A stretch of 64,000 nt of DNA, from positions 1,824,001 to 1,888,000 of the forward strand of contig CBDCNP010000002.1 of the NCBI GenBank assembly GCA_965219415.1, in the 5' to 3' direction. Below are positions 1 to 10,099 of the stretch, piece by piece. A program made the position numbers and the translations under genes. The notes beneath the pieces are model-generated. The model worked only from the letters and a program-made list of their open reading frames with translations, had not been told where the DNA came from and searched no databases. Every line of letters starts with the position of its first letter. Position 1 is the stretch's first letter. This DNA comes from Candidatus Marinacidobacterales bacterium. Lineage in GTDB: Bacteria > Acidobacteriota > Vicinamibacteria > Marinacidobacterales > DATDRI01.

Positions 1-241
1 CGTAACTGGCTTGGTACCGCATCCAGAAATCGGCATTCGACCAGCCGGCCGCCTCGAAGCGCAAAGCCATGTCGGCCGAGATTCCGCCACGGCCGTTGAG
101 CACGCGGTCCAGCGTCGTGCGGGCCACGCCCAATTTCTCGGCTGCGGCGGTCACGGTCAACCCTTCGGCCTTCAGACAATCTTCCCGCAATGCCTCGCCG
201 GGGTGGATGTTGGCCACGATCTTATCGCCCATCATGCTCAT
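1..241 (-). CDS. higA: HigA-family antitoxin (XRE HTH), 3' end beyond window
   Basis: Hand translation MSMMGDKIVANIHPGEALREDCL...GLTVTAAAEKLGVARTTLDRVLNGRGGISADMALRF...FWMRYQASY; AGGAGG RBS; directly downstream of HigB-like ORF. Confidence 0.9.
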   Translation of the reverse strand, partial: MSMMGDKIVANIHPGEALREDCLKAEGLTVTAAAEKLGVARTTLDRVLNGRGGISADMALRFEAAGWSNADFWMRYQASY

Positions 242-258
242 GTTGTTCCTCCTAATGG

Positions 259-534
259 TTAGTGATAATCGGTCAAGTCAACGTCGAACACGTCGCCGTC
301 CTCCATGCGGAACAGGATTCGCCAGTTCGCCGACACCCGTACGGACCAGTAGCCGGCAAGCTTACCCTTCAGCGCGTGCAGCCGGTAACCCGGCAAGGCC
401 ATGTCTCGGGGGGTGATGGCGATGTCCAGTTCCCTCAAGATGCGCACAATTCGCGCCGCGTGTTCCTGCGGAAGGCTGCTGCGGTCACCGCGAACCGCTC
501 GTTTCAACGCTCGATGTCGCACCGATTTGAGCAC
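259..534 (-). CDS. higB: HigB/RelE-family toxin (plasmid maintenance killer type)
   Basis: PGYRLHALKGKLAGYWSVRVSANWRILFRMEDGDVFDVDLTDYH signature; toxin-first order with higA. Confidence 0.9.
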   Translation of the reverse strand: MLKSVRHRALKRAVRGDRSSLPQEHAARIVRILRELDIAITPRDMALPGYRLHALKGKLAGYWSVRVSANWRILFRMEDGDVFDVDLTDYH

Positions 535-598
535 GGCAATACTGTCGCATGCTGCGCGTCGTACGTCAAATTGGGCGAGAGAATACCTGATCTGGCGT

Positions 599-778
599 TG
601 TGCCTTCTATTTATTCATCCGCGCGCCCCGAACCTGATCGGTCTCCGATCTGCCGGGACTATGCCTGCATGATTTCGTCGTTTGTTCGCGCTCGGCCCTG
701 GGCACGGCCGCAAACACAGAACTCTAAGTTGCTGATTTATGGGCTATTTCAAAAGGGCTGAGTTTTGGCACAGGGACG
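599..778 (+). mobile_element. Internally deleted rve/IS481-like element (family-H left end + first codons + family-A right end)
   Basis: Starts TGTGCCTTCTATTTATTCATCCGC, contains ATGATTTCGTCGTTTGTTCGCGCTC as at 8508, ends ...GAGTTTTGGCACAGGGACG. Confidence 0.8.
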
Positions 779-779
779 C

Positions 780-917
780 CGTTGCCACTTGGGGCTGAAC
801 AAGGACACACCGAGCTTGAGAGCGGTCACGCACCGACCGTCTCCTACGGCGAAAGTCGTCGCACTGCCGCGGGTCGGTGGACTGCACCGCCGATACGAGT
901 GGCGAGAGGCAGCCTGA
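780..917 (+). pseudogene. C-terminal stub of rve integrase-core transposase
   Basis: Hand translation CHLGLNKDTPSLRAVTHRPSPTAKVVALPRVGGLHRRYEWREAA*. Confidence 0.75.
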
Positions 918-1636
918 GTCAGCTTGGTCGCTCGCGTTACTCGGCTGGTCGCCGAGAAGTTCGTCCTCAGCACCTTCCCTCGCGCCCTGACCACGCTCTC
1001 CAGCATGGGCTCGAGGGCGGTCCGGGCCTGGATCCAGTCCCGGACTAATTAATGATGATGGACAGCAAGAGGCCCATCAATTCAGGCTTGTTATAGAGGT
1101 GTCGCCGATATACAATTTGCTCTTCCCCTCTTCACGGTCTGATGTTGAATCGATAGAAACAATCGCGAGCAACGGCCGTCCGTCGCTATAAGTCGGCGTT
1201 CGTCAATTCTCGCCGGAAAAATGCGGAGTGGGTGCAGATCATATTGGTCAACCGATATGGGGAAGCCGGATGGGGGGCTGTGCGGGAAACGCTCAGAAAG
1301 AACCCGTCCGTGTGGTCGCTGGCACATCGCGGGAGGGCCGTTGAAATGATCGCTCCCCCTCCTCCTACTCTCGGAGGACTCCTCGAGCTGGCTCAGGAGC
1401 AAGCGCGGCGCGCGGCTCAGGGGGATTCTGACTCGTGCCCCCCGTCGATCACCGGACTCTTCAATGACCACAACTGGGGAAAACTGGGTGACCCTTGATA
1501 CCTCGCCACAAGGGGGCTGGTTCATGGACCACACCGCTGGGCGGCACCGCAGATCTTGGTCAAGATGCGGTCGCCGAGCGTTTCTTTGGTCAGGCCGGTT
1601 CGCAGCGGACCGTCGAAACCCGAGAGGAGGAGAAAC

Positions 1637-2043
1637 GTGAAGTATCGTCATTCATTCCTGTAGGTACTCGCGGTTGTCTTCCTCGCTGGCACACAATACG
1701 CCTGCCGGGCGGATGCACCGAGCCAGGGGGATGCAGAGGACCAGATGGACGCGGAGCGCGCGCAGGGCGCAGCGACCGGCGAGGTTCACTGGAGCTACGA
1801 AGGCGACACCGGACCGTACCAATGGGGTGGGCTGGATTCGTCCTTCGCGGTCTGTGACAGCGGGGCCCAGCAATCTCCGATCGATCTGACGGATGCGATC
1901 CCGGCAGGCGGAGGGGGACTCGAAATCCAGTGGCAACCCGCGGCGGGCGAGGTCGTGGATAACGGACATACCATCCAGGTCAACATAGACGCCGGGAAGT
2001 TCCATCACTCTGCAGGGCCGGCAATTCTCGCTCTTGCAGTTCC
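1637..2043 (+). pseudogene. Alpha-carbonic anhydrase, N-terminal fragment (early stop, frameshifts, cut by MITE-A)
   Basis: WSYEGDTGP..WG, QQSPIDL, DNGHTIQVN; ends at FSLLQF just before the first zinc-binding His. Confidence 0.85.
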
Positions 2044-2190
2044 TGTGCCTTCTATTTATTCATCCGCCAGCCCATGGGTCGGAAGTCAGCCCTGCGGCGC
2101 GAAATACCCTGGATTCTGCGCGGATTCCAAGGGCGTCTAAGCTGCTGATTTGTGGTTTATTTCAAAAGGGCCGAGTTTTGGCACAGGACG
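2044..2190 (+). mobile_element. MITE-A (147 bp)
   Basis: TGTGCCTTCTATTTATTC...GAGTTTTGGCACAGGACG; near-identical to five other complete copies in the window. Confidence 0.9.
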
Positions 2191-2285
2191 GGGTCGACTG
2201 TGCCGTGTTCTCGGGCGAGGTCGAGTGTGCGCGCGGTAAGGTGCTCGCCATCCGCGTCCCCAAGGCATGGCGAGCACCTCGGTGA
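2191..2285 (+). pseudogene. Short C-terminal stub, possibly hot-dog-fold thioesterase
   Basis: VDCAVFSGEVECARGKVLAIRVPKAWRAPR*; bracketed by two inward-facing family-A ends (2190 and 2303). Confidence 0.4.
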
Positions 2286-2326
2286 TGGCTCGTCACCGTT
2301 CCCGTCCTGTGCCAAAACTCGACCCT

Positions 2327-2420
2327 TGTGCTCCGCAGAAAGTCTATCCAGCGTTGATTGCGCGTTTGAGATCTGCTATGGTCGGCTGCTTCTTGTCGAT
2401 CTTCTTTTTTGCGGATCACA
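2327..2420 (+). mobile_element. MITE-C (94 bp)
   Basis: Ends TGTGCTCCGCAGAAAG / TTTTGCGGATCACA; second full copy at 19119-19212, partial copies near 37746, 38483 and 47962. Confidence 0.85.
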
Positions 2421-2570
2421 GCTGTCGACGTGAGCGCCGGTGATGTCGAGCATGCGCTCCGCGCGGTACACGTCGGCCATGCGCACGAGGATGGACATCG
2501 CCATCTTCGCAGCACGACCGAGTTCGCCCGCGAGGAGTGCTTTGTCCTTCTCCGCGAGCTCCAAGCTCAC
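2421..2570 (-). pseudogene. Aconitase X catalytic subunit (DUF521), N-terminal stub cut by MITE-C
   Basis: MSLELAEKDKALLAGELGRAAKMAMSILVRMADVYRAERMLDITGAHVDSC; overlaps the stop of the NSS gene. Confidence 0.75.
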
Positions 2571-4030
2571 GATCCGCTACTCTTTTTCAGGCGGTGGACC
2601 CAGTAGGTGTTGGTGATGACAACCACGACGACGAGCACCGAAATTTGGATGACGGCGGTCCCAACGCTCGATTCACTCCGGAGCTTCCACCAGCCATCGG
2701 GATCGAATTGCGTCGCCGATTGGTAGAACCACCATGCCAGCATGGCAAGAAACTCGAGCGGCACAACGATCGAGATGACCCACACGAACCAGCTACCGAT
2801 CGGATGCTTCTCATCTTCGGTGTTGATGAGCTCCTCCCGGAATTTCGCCGCTCCGTACTTGATGACGGTCACCGCGATGAAGAAACCGGAGAACATGAGG
2901 CCGATGCCCCAGACCCAATCCTGATTCTTGAAAAAGCCCATGAAAAACGCCGAGGGAAGGCCGAGCACAAACGACACCACGCCGACCGTGGCCACGGCGC
3001 GGGTGCGCGAAAAACCCAGGTTCATCATCATGCGGGATGCCATTTCGAGCATGGCGATGAGCGACGAAATCGCCGCGAAGCTCAGCGCGAGGAAGAAAAT
3101 GGGGAGAAAGAGTCGCCCTCCGGGCATCGACGAGAAAAGCTGCGGCATCCAGATGAACGTCAGGCCTTCGTTGCCGGCAGCGAGAGCGGCCGAGGCCTGG
3201 TCTTCGGGAAGAAGGGCGAAGACAGTACACATCACCGCGATGCCGGCGAGAAGCGAAGCCGAACTGTTGCCGAACGCGGTCGTGAGCGTCGTCAGCGTGA
3301 ACGTGTCTTTCTTGCGGAAGTACACGCCATAGGTCGTGACCAGGCCCCAGCCCGCGCCGGTGCTCCACGCGGATTGGGTTAGCGCTGCCAGCCAGACTTG
3401 GTAGTTTCCGAGGTCTTCCCAGTTCGGCGTGAACAGATAGGCCAGGCCTTTCACGGCCCCGGGAAGAGTGACCGCACGGATGGCCGCGATGATGAGGAGC
3501 ACGAAAAGCGCCGGGATGAGGATGCGGTTGGTCCGCTCGATACCACGGACGACGCCTCTATAAATGATGGAGCATCCTATAGCGAGTGCTATGGCGTGGA
3601 AGATGACCGGTTGGATGGGATCGCTAGTGAATCGCGTCCAGTAACTCTCGGCATTGTCGGCGGAGAACACCGTGCCCAAGGAAACGGTAAAGTACTTCAG
3701 ACACCACCCGGTGACGACGGAGTAATAGAACGTGATGAAGCACGTCACCAGTCCCACGAAAACGCCCAACCAGTTGTAGCGTTCTCCTATCAACGTTCCA
3801 ACGGCGCCCGCCGGGCCGCGGCGGGTGGTCTTGCCGAGAGCGAACTCGACGAGAAGAAGCGGGATCGCCCACGCGAACAGGAAGATCACCCAGGGGATGA
3901 GAAACGATCCTCCTCCATTCGCGGCGGCAACTCGTGGAAAACGCCAGATGTTCCCGGTGCCGACCGCCATGCCGATCGAGGTCAGCAGGATCCCCCATCG
4001 AGACGTGAACTCTTCTTTGGATGTGCTCAT
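2567..4030 (-). CDS. Sodium-dependent transporter, NSS/SNF family
   Basis: FTSRWG..LTSIGMAVGTGNIWRFP..NGGGSFLIP motif; 487 aa, many hydrophobic segments. Confidence 0.93.
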   Translation of the reverse strand: MSTSKEEFTSRWGILLTSIGMAVGTGNIWRFPRVAAANGGGSFLIPWVIFLFAWAIPLLLVEFALGKTTRRGPAGAVGTLIGERYNWLGVFVGLVTCFITFYYSVVTGWCLKYFTVSLGTVFSADNAESYWTRFTSDPIQPVIFHAIALAIGCSIIYRGVVRGIERTNRILIPALFVLLIIAAIRAVTLPGAVKGLAYLFTPNWEDLGNYQVWLAALTQSAWSTGAGWGLVTTYGVYFRKKDTFTLTTLTTAFGNSSASLLAGIAVMCTVFALLPEDQASAALAAGNEGLTFIWMPQLFSSMPGGRLFLPIFFLALSFAAISSLIAMLEMASRMMMNLGFSRTRAVATVGVVSFVLGLPSAFFMGFFKNQDWVWGIGLMFSGFFIAVTVIKYGAAKFREELINTEDEKHPIGSWFVWVISIVVPLEFLAMLAWWFYQSATQFDPDGWWKLRSESSVGTAVIQISVLVVVVVITNTYWVHRLKKSSGS

Positions 4031-4373
4031 GCCACTAGTCCCCTGGATCTTTAATTATCACAGGTAAACCCCCGGCTCTGCCGGGGTGACTCGCAGAGGT
4101 TTGACCGTGTGAGGCAGTAATAACAAAGTCCTCCTTGGAAAGCGCCAACTTCCAAACAAGGAGGATGCACAACTCGCGATCTCGGGTCCACAATTGTCCT
4201 GTACTCGCGGATACGAACCTTCCCACGTGCGATCCACCTGCAAAGTGTCTCTGGGGTTATGCCAGCGGACTGCGCTGCATCCTTATAACTCATCCCCGTC
4301 CTGTGCCAAAACTCGGCCCTGGACTTGACCCGCTTTCGTGGACACCTAATCCTTTGGGAGACAGGAGTCCACG

Positions 4374-4688
4374 ATGTCAAAGCAGGGAAACAGATACGCG
4401 GCCGAATTCCGGCGCCAAATGGTAGAGCTGGTGCGAGCTGGCCGCGGCTCCGAAGAGCTGGCGCGAGAGTTTGAGCCCTCGGGCCAGACGATCCGGAACT
4501 GGGTGAACCAGGCGGATCTCGACGAGGGTCGCAGGCAGGACGGTCTGACGAGTGAGGAGCGTGCGGAGCTCCGCCGCCTGCGACGGGAGAACCGTCAACT
4601 ACGGTTGGAGCGGGAGATCCTCTCAAAAGCCGCGGCCTGGTTCGCTCGGGAGACCGAGTCGGTACCACCGAAGCCTTCCGATTCGTGA
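4374..4688 (+). CDS. IS3 transposase OrfA
   Basis: RYAAEFRRQMVELV...ELRRLRRENRQLRLEREILSKAAAWF; AAAAG slippery-type motif near 4625. Confidence 0.9.
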   Translation: MSKQGNRYAAEFRRQMVELVRAGRGSEELAREFEPSGQTIRNWVNQADLDEGRRQDGLTSEERAELRRLRRENRQLRLEREILSKAAAWFARETESVPPKPSDS

Positions 4689-5536
4689 GGGCGAACCAGG
4701 ATTCACTACCGGTTGCCACGATGTGCCGACTGCTGGACGTCTCCGCCAGCGGCTACTATGCGTGGCTTGAGCGTGCCCCGTCGGCCCGCGCGGTGTCGGA
4801 TGCGGAGTTGCTTGAGAAGATCCGGGCGATTCACACCGCGTCGCGGAGCACGTACGGCGCGCCGAGGATTCTCCACGAGCTACGAGAGACACACGAGCTC
4901 CACGTCTCACGCAAGCGTGTAGCGCGGCTAATGCGCGAGGCTGGCATTCAAGGTGTTCACCGGCGCAAGAGGGCGCACACTACGATTCGCTGTGACGACG
5001 CCCGTCCCGCCCCCGATCTCGTCGACAGGAATTTCGAGGTGGACCGGCCCGACCGCCTGTGGGTCGCCGATATCACCTACGTGCCCACGTGGTCGGGCTT
5101 CTTGTTCCTCGCCGTCGTGCTGGACGCCTTCAGCCGACGCATCGTCGGATGGGCAATGGCTACCCACCTGCGGACGTCGCTCGTCTTGAGCGCCCTCGAC
5201 ATGGCGCTGTTCCAACGCAAGCCCGGCGACGTCATCCATCACTCGGACCAGGGCACGCAGTACACGTCACTAGCGTTCGGCCAGCGATGCCGGGAGGCCG
5301 GGGTGCGACCGTCGATGGGTTCGGTCGGGGACTGTTACGACAATGCGATGTGCGAGAGCTTCTTCGCGACGCTCGAGTGCGAGCTGATCGAGCGCCGGTC
5401 GTTTCGCTACCACGCTGAGGCGCGCATGGCGACCTTCGATTTCATCGAAGGCTGGTACAACCCGCGACGACGACACTCCGCCATCGACTATTGCTCGCCT
5501 ATCCAATTCGAAAGGAGGTACTATCGCGACGCTTGA
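4685..5536 (+). CDS. IS3 transposase OrfB (DDE)
   Basis: WVADITY, HHSDQGTQY, DNAMCESFF, WYNPRRRHS. Confidence 0.93.
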   Translation: MRANQDSLPVATMCRLLDVSASGYYAWLERAPSARAVSDAELLEKIRAIHTASRSTYGAPRILHELRETHELHVSRKRVARLMREAGIQGVHRRKRAHTTIRCDDARPAPDLVDRNFEVDRPDRLWVADITYVPTWSGFLFLAVVLDAFSRRIVGWAMATHLRTSLVLSALDMALFQRKPGDVIHHSDQGTQYTSLAFGQRCREAGVRPSMGSVGDCYDNAMCESFFATLECELIERRSFRYHAEARMATFDFIEGWYNPRRRHSAIDYCSPIQFERRYYRDA

Positions 5537-5960
5537 TCCCTAACTCTTAACCTGTCCACGAAAGCGGGGTCACTTCAGCCCTTTTGAAATAGACCACAAA
5601 TCAGCAGCTTAGACGCCCTTGGAATCCGCGCAGAATCCAGGGTATTTCGCGCCGCAGGGCTGACTTCCGACCCATGGGGCTGGCGGATGAATAAATAGAA
5701 GGCACAACCAAGCCTAGACACCTCTAATCCGAAACGTCCCGGCGCGTGGGTCTTGAGTTCGTTTGTGTTTTTGGACACGACGGGCATGGACTCTGCTGCG
5801 TTGCTGGAGACGACATCGATCGAACGGTGGAGGAGTTGCGCCGTCGGTATGAGCAAAACCACGACGATTGCAGCGTTTTGTCGTCCAATGAAACCGGTCC
5901 CTGCCGACTGGCCCGCTCGCACCAAGCGTGAGCCTAGCACCTAGTAAAGGTGAAGGTCCC

Positions 5961-6109
5961 CGTCCTGTGCCAAAACTCGGCCCTTTAGAAATAGACCACA
6001 AATCAGCAGCTTAGACGCCCTTGGAATCCGCGCAGAATCCAGGGTATTTCGCACCGCAGGGCTGACTTCCGACCCATGGGCTGGCGGATGAAAATAAATA
6101 GAAGGCACA
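5961..6109 (-). mobile_element. MITE-A
   Basis: Reverse-complement copy of 2044-2190. Confidence 0.9.
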
Positions 6110-6796
6110 ACCTCTCCGGTTGGCGTCTGCCCGCACCCACGCTGGAACGGACCGTCGTACATCTCGTCCAACAGCATGTGGGGGCACCGACCTTCTCGGC
6201 CTCGCTGATCCACACTCCGACGATACAGGAACTCGCCTCGGTGCGTCACGTTCTAGACGGGCTGTGTCCAGGTAGTAATAGTAATGATGATGATGATGAT
6301 GATGATGATGATAGTGCCTCGGCAGCCAGCCTGCTCCGTTTCATCCGGCGGGTCGATATCAGCCCCGGCTCCTGTGTCCATCCTGCTCGACCGAGATGCG
6401 TTCGCTGCTTGCCTGTCTATGGAGCCCGATCGCATTCGCGAGGACGCACTCCGCATCCACGCGCCGTTCCGCTTGCGTCGACGCGGCGTCGAGACCAAGC
6501 TCGTTCTGGGCAACCCCACGAAATCCGTTGACCGCACCCTCCTGCGCAATATCGCCAATGCCCTCTCCTGGCTCGACCGAATCAAAGCGGGCAAAACCTA
6601 TGAGGAGATTGCCACCGAAGACGCCATCCCAAAGGCCCGCGTGCGCAAGGCAATCCGTTATGCCTTTCTGGCGCCCGACATCGTCCGCGCCATTGTGGAC
6701 GGTCGCCAGCCCGTTGGGCTGACCTCGAGCTACCTCCTCCATCATCCACTTCCCGACGATTGGGAGGAGCAGCGTGCCCTCGTCGCAACGCTGTGA
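6110..6796 (+). pseudogene. Large serine recombinase, C-terminal fragment with a frameshift near 6372
   Basis: GWRLPAPTLERTV...; APFRLRRRGVETKLVL...LAPDIVRAIVDGRQP...LPDDWEEQR tail; N-terminus removed at MITE-A. Confidence 0.75.
6286..6312 (+). repeat. (GAT)9 microsatellite, poly-Asp in the recombinase frame
   Basis: Nine perfect GAT units counted. Confidence 0.95.
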
Positions 6797-7839
6797 GGCA
6801 GGTCACGCTGTAAGCCAACCCGCTGCTGCCACGCTCACTCTTGGTCTCCATCAGTCGGCGAACGGTATCGCCCCTTACTAATGATGATATCGGCGGCGTG
6901 CGAGTCTTGAGTTCGTTTATGTTTTTGGACACGACGGCGTTTTCCCATTAACTGAGCGATTAGCGCTCGATGCAGCCCCGAAATGCCCTCCAATTGCATT
7001 TTGATGATCTGTTTTGCACCGTTACTGCTTGTTTGCTGCCAAGACCCGAATAGCTCCACTTGCCCCCATTTGAGCCTTACGACTGCGATAGTCGGAAAGG
7101 TGTTCCCGTCGACGACGCGTCCATCGATGAGGCGTAATAGCTTTTCACTACAATGACTTACGAGTGTAGCCTCCGTCGGAGAGTTTACGACACGGCCCTC
7201 TTTCAGGCGTCAAGGAGGTTGAGATTGCCGTATAGAAAATCGGATTGACTGTCAATTCGCAAATAAGCTCGAACGACCATCCGTCGATGAGGCGTGCGGG
7301 GACCAGCACGTGACGGATGGCTTTAAATCACTGCAGGACAAGAGGATAGAACGACGTGGGCACCAGGGCTTCTCTGAGTTTTCGCTACATTGCCCCACCA
7401 CGCGCGCGGCGAAAGGGCCACATCAGACTTGAAAAACTCGCGATATACCTTTCACAGAGACCGGATGGCTCCAGCCTGCACCATCCGCCACCCAGTCTTG
7501 CAAATTGTGGCACTGCAGAGACGGATGAGATTTTCCACGCGGGTGGCGGGGTTTTACAGAGATAGGTGTCACCAGAGACGCGCTAGAAGGGCGGAACGGG
7601 CCTCATTTTCGGTATTCGTCTCTAATCCCGATTTTCGAGTGCCACGTTTGCGCCAAAGGGGGGAAGCGGGCCGCTGACAGGGCCGTGCGGCGTCGGAAAA
7701 GAGGCCCACCCGAGGGGTCCAGAATCGAGGCCAGGGCTACTGCCGCGTAGCTGCCCTAGCACGTTCTGGTCCAGGTGCGCCTGAGCGTCCTTCATGTCTT
7801 TACTTGTCTCGGATTGGACCTCAACCAGGGTCCGGACCT

Positions 7840-8300
7840 CGTCCTGTCCGAAAACGCGTACGGAGCCGAAAGCTCGAATCCTGGAGGCGTTCTCGAGATT
7901 CACGGAGACCGGCCGACGCGGCACTGGCTCTGCGATAGGCGCTCCCGAGCAGACCTCTCCTCCAGACCATCCGTTCCGTCCAACTGGCGCGCCCGAACTC
8001 CTATGCGGCGTCGCGGTGGTAATAGCTGAGCAAGCCGCCCAATCGCTTACGACATCGCACCTTCCCGTGAGGACTGCCGACGCATTCTTCCGCTTCGAGC
8101 AACGCGTTCCCGAGCCCTTGATGGTTGCGCTCTCCGCGATAATGATGGATGAACTCAGCGACGGCACGGCGCAGCGATTGCTCACTGAAGAAGATCATCC
8201 GCTCCAAGCACTCGCTCTTGACCGACAAAACAAACCTTTCGACGTAAGCGTTCAGATTCGGCGAACGGTGCGGCAGCCGAATGACGTCCGTTCCGGCGTG
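7840..8300 (-). pseudogene. rve/IS481-like transposase 3' part plus right end (family F)
   Basis: PHRSPNLNAYVERFVLSVKSECL...GERNHQGLGN...RLGGLLSYYHRDAA*; end CGTCCTGTCCGAAAA; homologous to 15033-15190 and 47655-47957. Confidence 0.88.
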
Positions 8301-8437
8301 CGGAACGTGTCAACGACATTGAGACACCCGCGTGTTGCATTTAGTGAGCCTCGATTGGTGTCGCCGGGGTCATGACGACGTCGCGGTCCACGTCCGCTTC
8401 GATCGCGAACGCGCCACAAGGAGTGGAAACAGGGGGT

Positions 8438-8668
8438 TGTGCCTTCTATTTATTCATCCGCGCGCACCGAACTTGATTAGTCTCCGGTCTGCCGGCACCA
8501 TGCCGGCATGATTTCGTCGTTTGTTCGCGCTCTCGTCTCTGCCTTCAAGGCTCGTCGCGAGCTAGCTCTCGAGAATGTCGCTCTTCGGCAGCAGCTCGTC
8601 GTCCTCCGCCGTTCGGTGAAACGGCCGCGGCTCTTGAATGTCGACCGCGAGTTTTGGGTGCTGTTGCG
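8438..8668 (+). pseudogene. rve/IS481-like element left end and transposase N-terminus (family H), cut by MITE-B
   Basis: TGTGCCTTCTATTTATTCATCCGC then MISSFVRALVSAFKARRELALENVALRQQLVVLRRSVKRPRL. Confidence 0.85.
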
Positions 8669-8835
8669 GGTGCTTCCGCCATTAAGTGTTGGTGAGATGA
8701 CGCTAAGACTTTACGCTGCATTAAATTACAGCCAAAATAGCGCTCACGACCTTCGCCGCGCACTAAATGGAGCGTAAGCGCTTTTTTTGCAAAGGGATAC
8801 GTACACATCACCAACAGCAAACAGCGCAAGCAACC
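8669..8835 (+). mobile_element. MITE-B (~166 bp, IS1-like ends)
   Basis: GGTGCTTCCGCCATTAAGTGTTG...ACAGCGCAAGCA(A)CC; seven full copies in the window. Confidence 0.88.
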
Positions 8836-9328
8836 GGGCGAGACCCACCTCGCCTGCGCCGCTGTGGCGTCCGGGGTGCCCCCCTCCAGCCGGGAGCCGC
8901 GCACCGTCACATGCGACGCCGACGACCCGCGCAGGCGTTCACCCACCGCGTCCACCGCCTGGAGTCGTTTCTCGATTCCGCGAGGAGCCCTCCGAGTTAT
9001 TGAGCGCTTCTTCGAATCGCCATGCGGCTCCATGAATGGCTCTTCGTTCACCCTTCACGACGCTCTCACGGCCGGCCCGTCATCACAGCGTAGAATTGAT
9101 TCGTTTCTCGAACTCACGAAGGATAGAATCGCTTATTCGTCAACTACCCATGACTGAACAGGCGGCCATGTTTTTGTCCACCCGGTCTGGCCCACTTTGA
9201 TCATTTCATTTGGCCCACCCTAAGTTATTGATTACACACGAAGAGAAGTAATAAGTGCCCCTTTCCTCTGTTGCGGCCGGAGCTAAGTGAAGGCCGCCTC
9301 GAGTGAAACCGGAGCAAAGCGTGTTCTG

Positions 9329-10099
9329 TCATGATGTTGCCGTCTTTTTCCGGGTTTTGAGCGAGCGACGGAAGCGATAGGACTCGGTACCGGTTTCGAG
9401 GATGTGAGCCTGGTCGGTGAGCCGGTCCAGTAGCGCTTTGCACAGCCGGGCGTTTGTGAACACTTGCGTCCATTCCGAGAACGGCAAGTTAGTGGTGATG
9501 ACGGTCGCGGCGCGCTCACATCGTTCGGAGACGACCTGAAACAACAGTTCGGCACCGACCTCGGCGAGCGGTACGTAGCCGAGTTCGTCGATGCACAGCA
9601 GTTCGAAGCGGGCGTGCTTGCGAATAGCCTTAGAAAGCTGGAGCTCCTCCTTGGCCTCGACGAGTTCGTTGACGAGCCTCGACGCGGTCGTGAACCGCAC
9701 TCGACGACGCTGCTGGCAGGCCTCTACACACAGCGCGGTGGCGAGATGGGTTTTGCCAGTGCCGGCATCGCCGAGAAAAATCACCGGCTCTGCCCGCTCG
9801 AGGTATCTACCCTCAGTGAGTTGGCGGATTCGCTGAGCGGACAGCTTCGGTGACAGCGAGAAGTCGAACTCGTCGAGCGTCTTCGCTCTCGGCAGCTGTG
9901 CTTCCTTCAGCCGTCTCTGAACCGTTCGGTGTTCTCGCTCTTCGACTTCAGAGCTGAGCAGAACCTCCAGATAACCCACGTGGGTTTGTTTTTCGCGGCT
10001 AGCTTGTTCTGCGAGCTTGTGGAACTGAGCTGACACCGTTGGCATCCGAAGCGTCTTGCAATGCTGCTGGATCGTCTGAATCTCGACGGGTTGTCTCAT
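9329..10099 (-). CDS. istB: IS21 helper ATPase IstB
   Basis: [44 protein letters not shown]. Confidence 0.95.
   Translation of the reverse strand: MRQPVEIQTIQQHCKTLRMPTVSAQFHKLAEQASREKQTHVGYLEVLLSSEVEEREHRTVQRRLKEAQLPRAKTLDEFDFSLSPKLSAQRIRQLTEGRYLERAEPVIFLGDAGTGKTHLATALCVEACQQRRRVRFTTASRLVNELVEAKEELQLSKAIRKHARFELLCIDELGYVPLAEVGAELLFQVVSERCERAATVITTNLPFSEWTQVFTNARLCKALLDRLTDQAHILETGTESYRFRRSLKTRKKTATS

Larger units (their letters stand above)
4320..5577 (+). mobile_element. IS3-family insertion sequence, complete, 4-bp target duplication GCCC
   Basis: TIRs TGGACTTGACCCGCTTTCGTGGACA / TGTCCACGAAAGCGGGGTCACTTCA; GCCC at 4316-4319 and 5578-5581. Confidence 0.95.
4297..5706 (-). mobile_element. 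MITE-A interrupted by an IS3 element
   Basis: CGTCCTGTGCCAAAACTCGGCCC at 4297 continues after 5577 as GCCCTTTTGAAATAG...AGAAGGCACA. Confidence 0.9.

Noticed and set aside
1232-1498. 88-aa ORF and other short inter-linker slivers (4035-4296, 5783-5940, 7622-7839, 8836-8985, 18717-18985)
   Set aside because: Probably gene fragments, but no family could be recognised with confidence
6284-6312. Poly-Met start (MMMMMMMMM) as a real N-terminus
   Set aside because: It is the (GAT)9 tract read in the wrong frame within a broken recombinase gene
8308-8350. Possible IS21-type end (TGTCAACGAC...TGAGCC)
   Set aside because: Single short occurrence with no partner end or ORF
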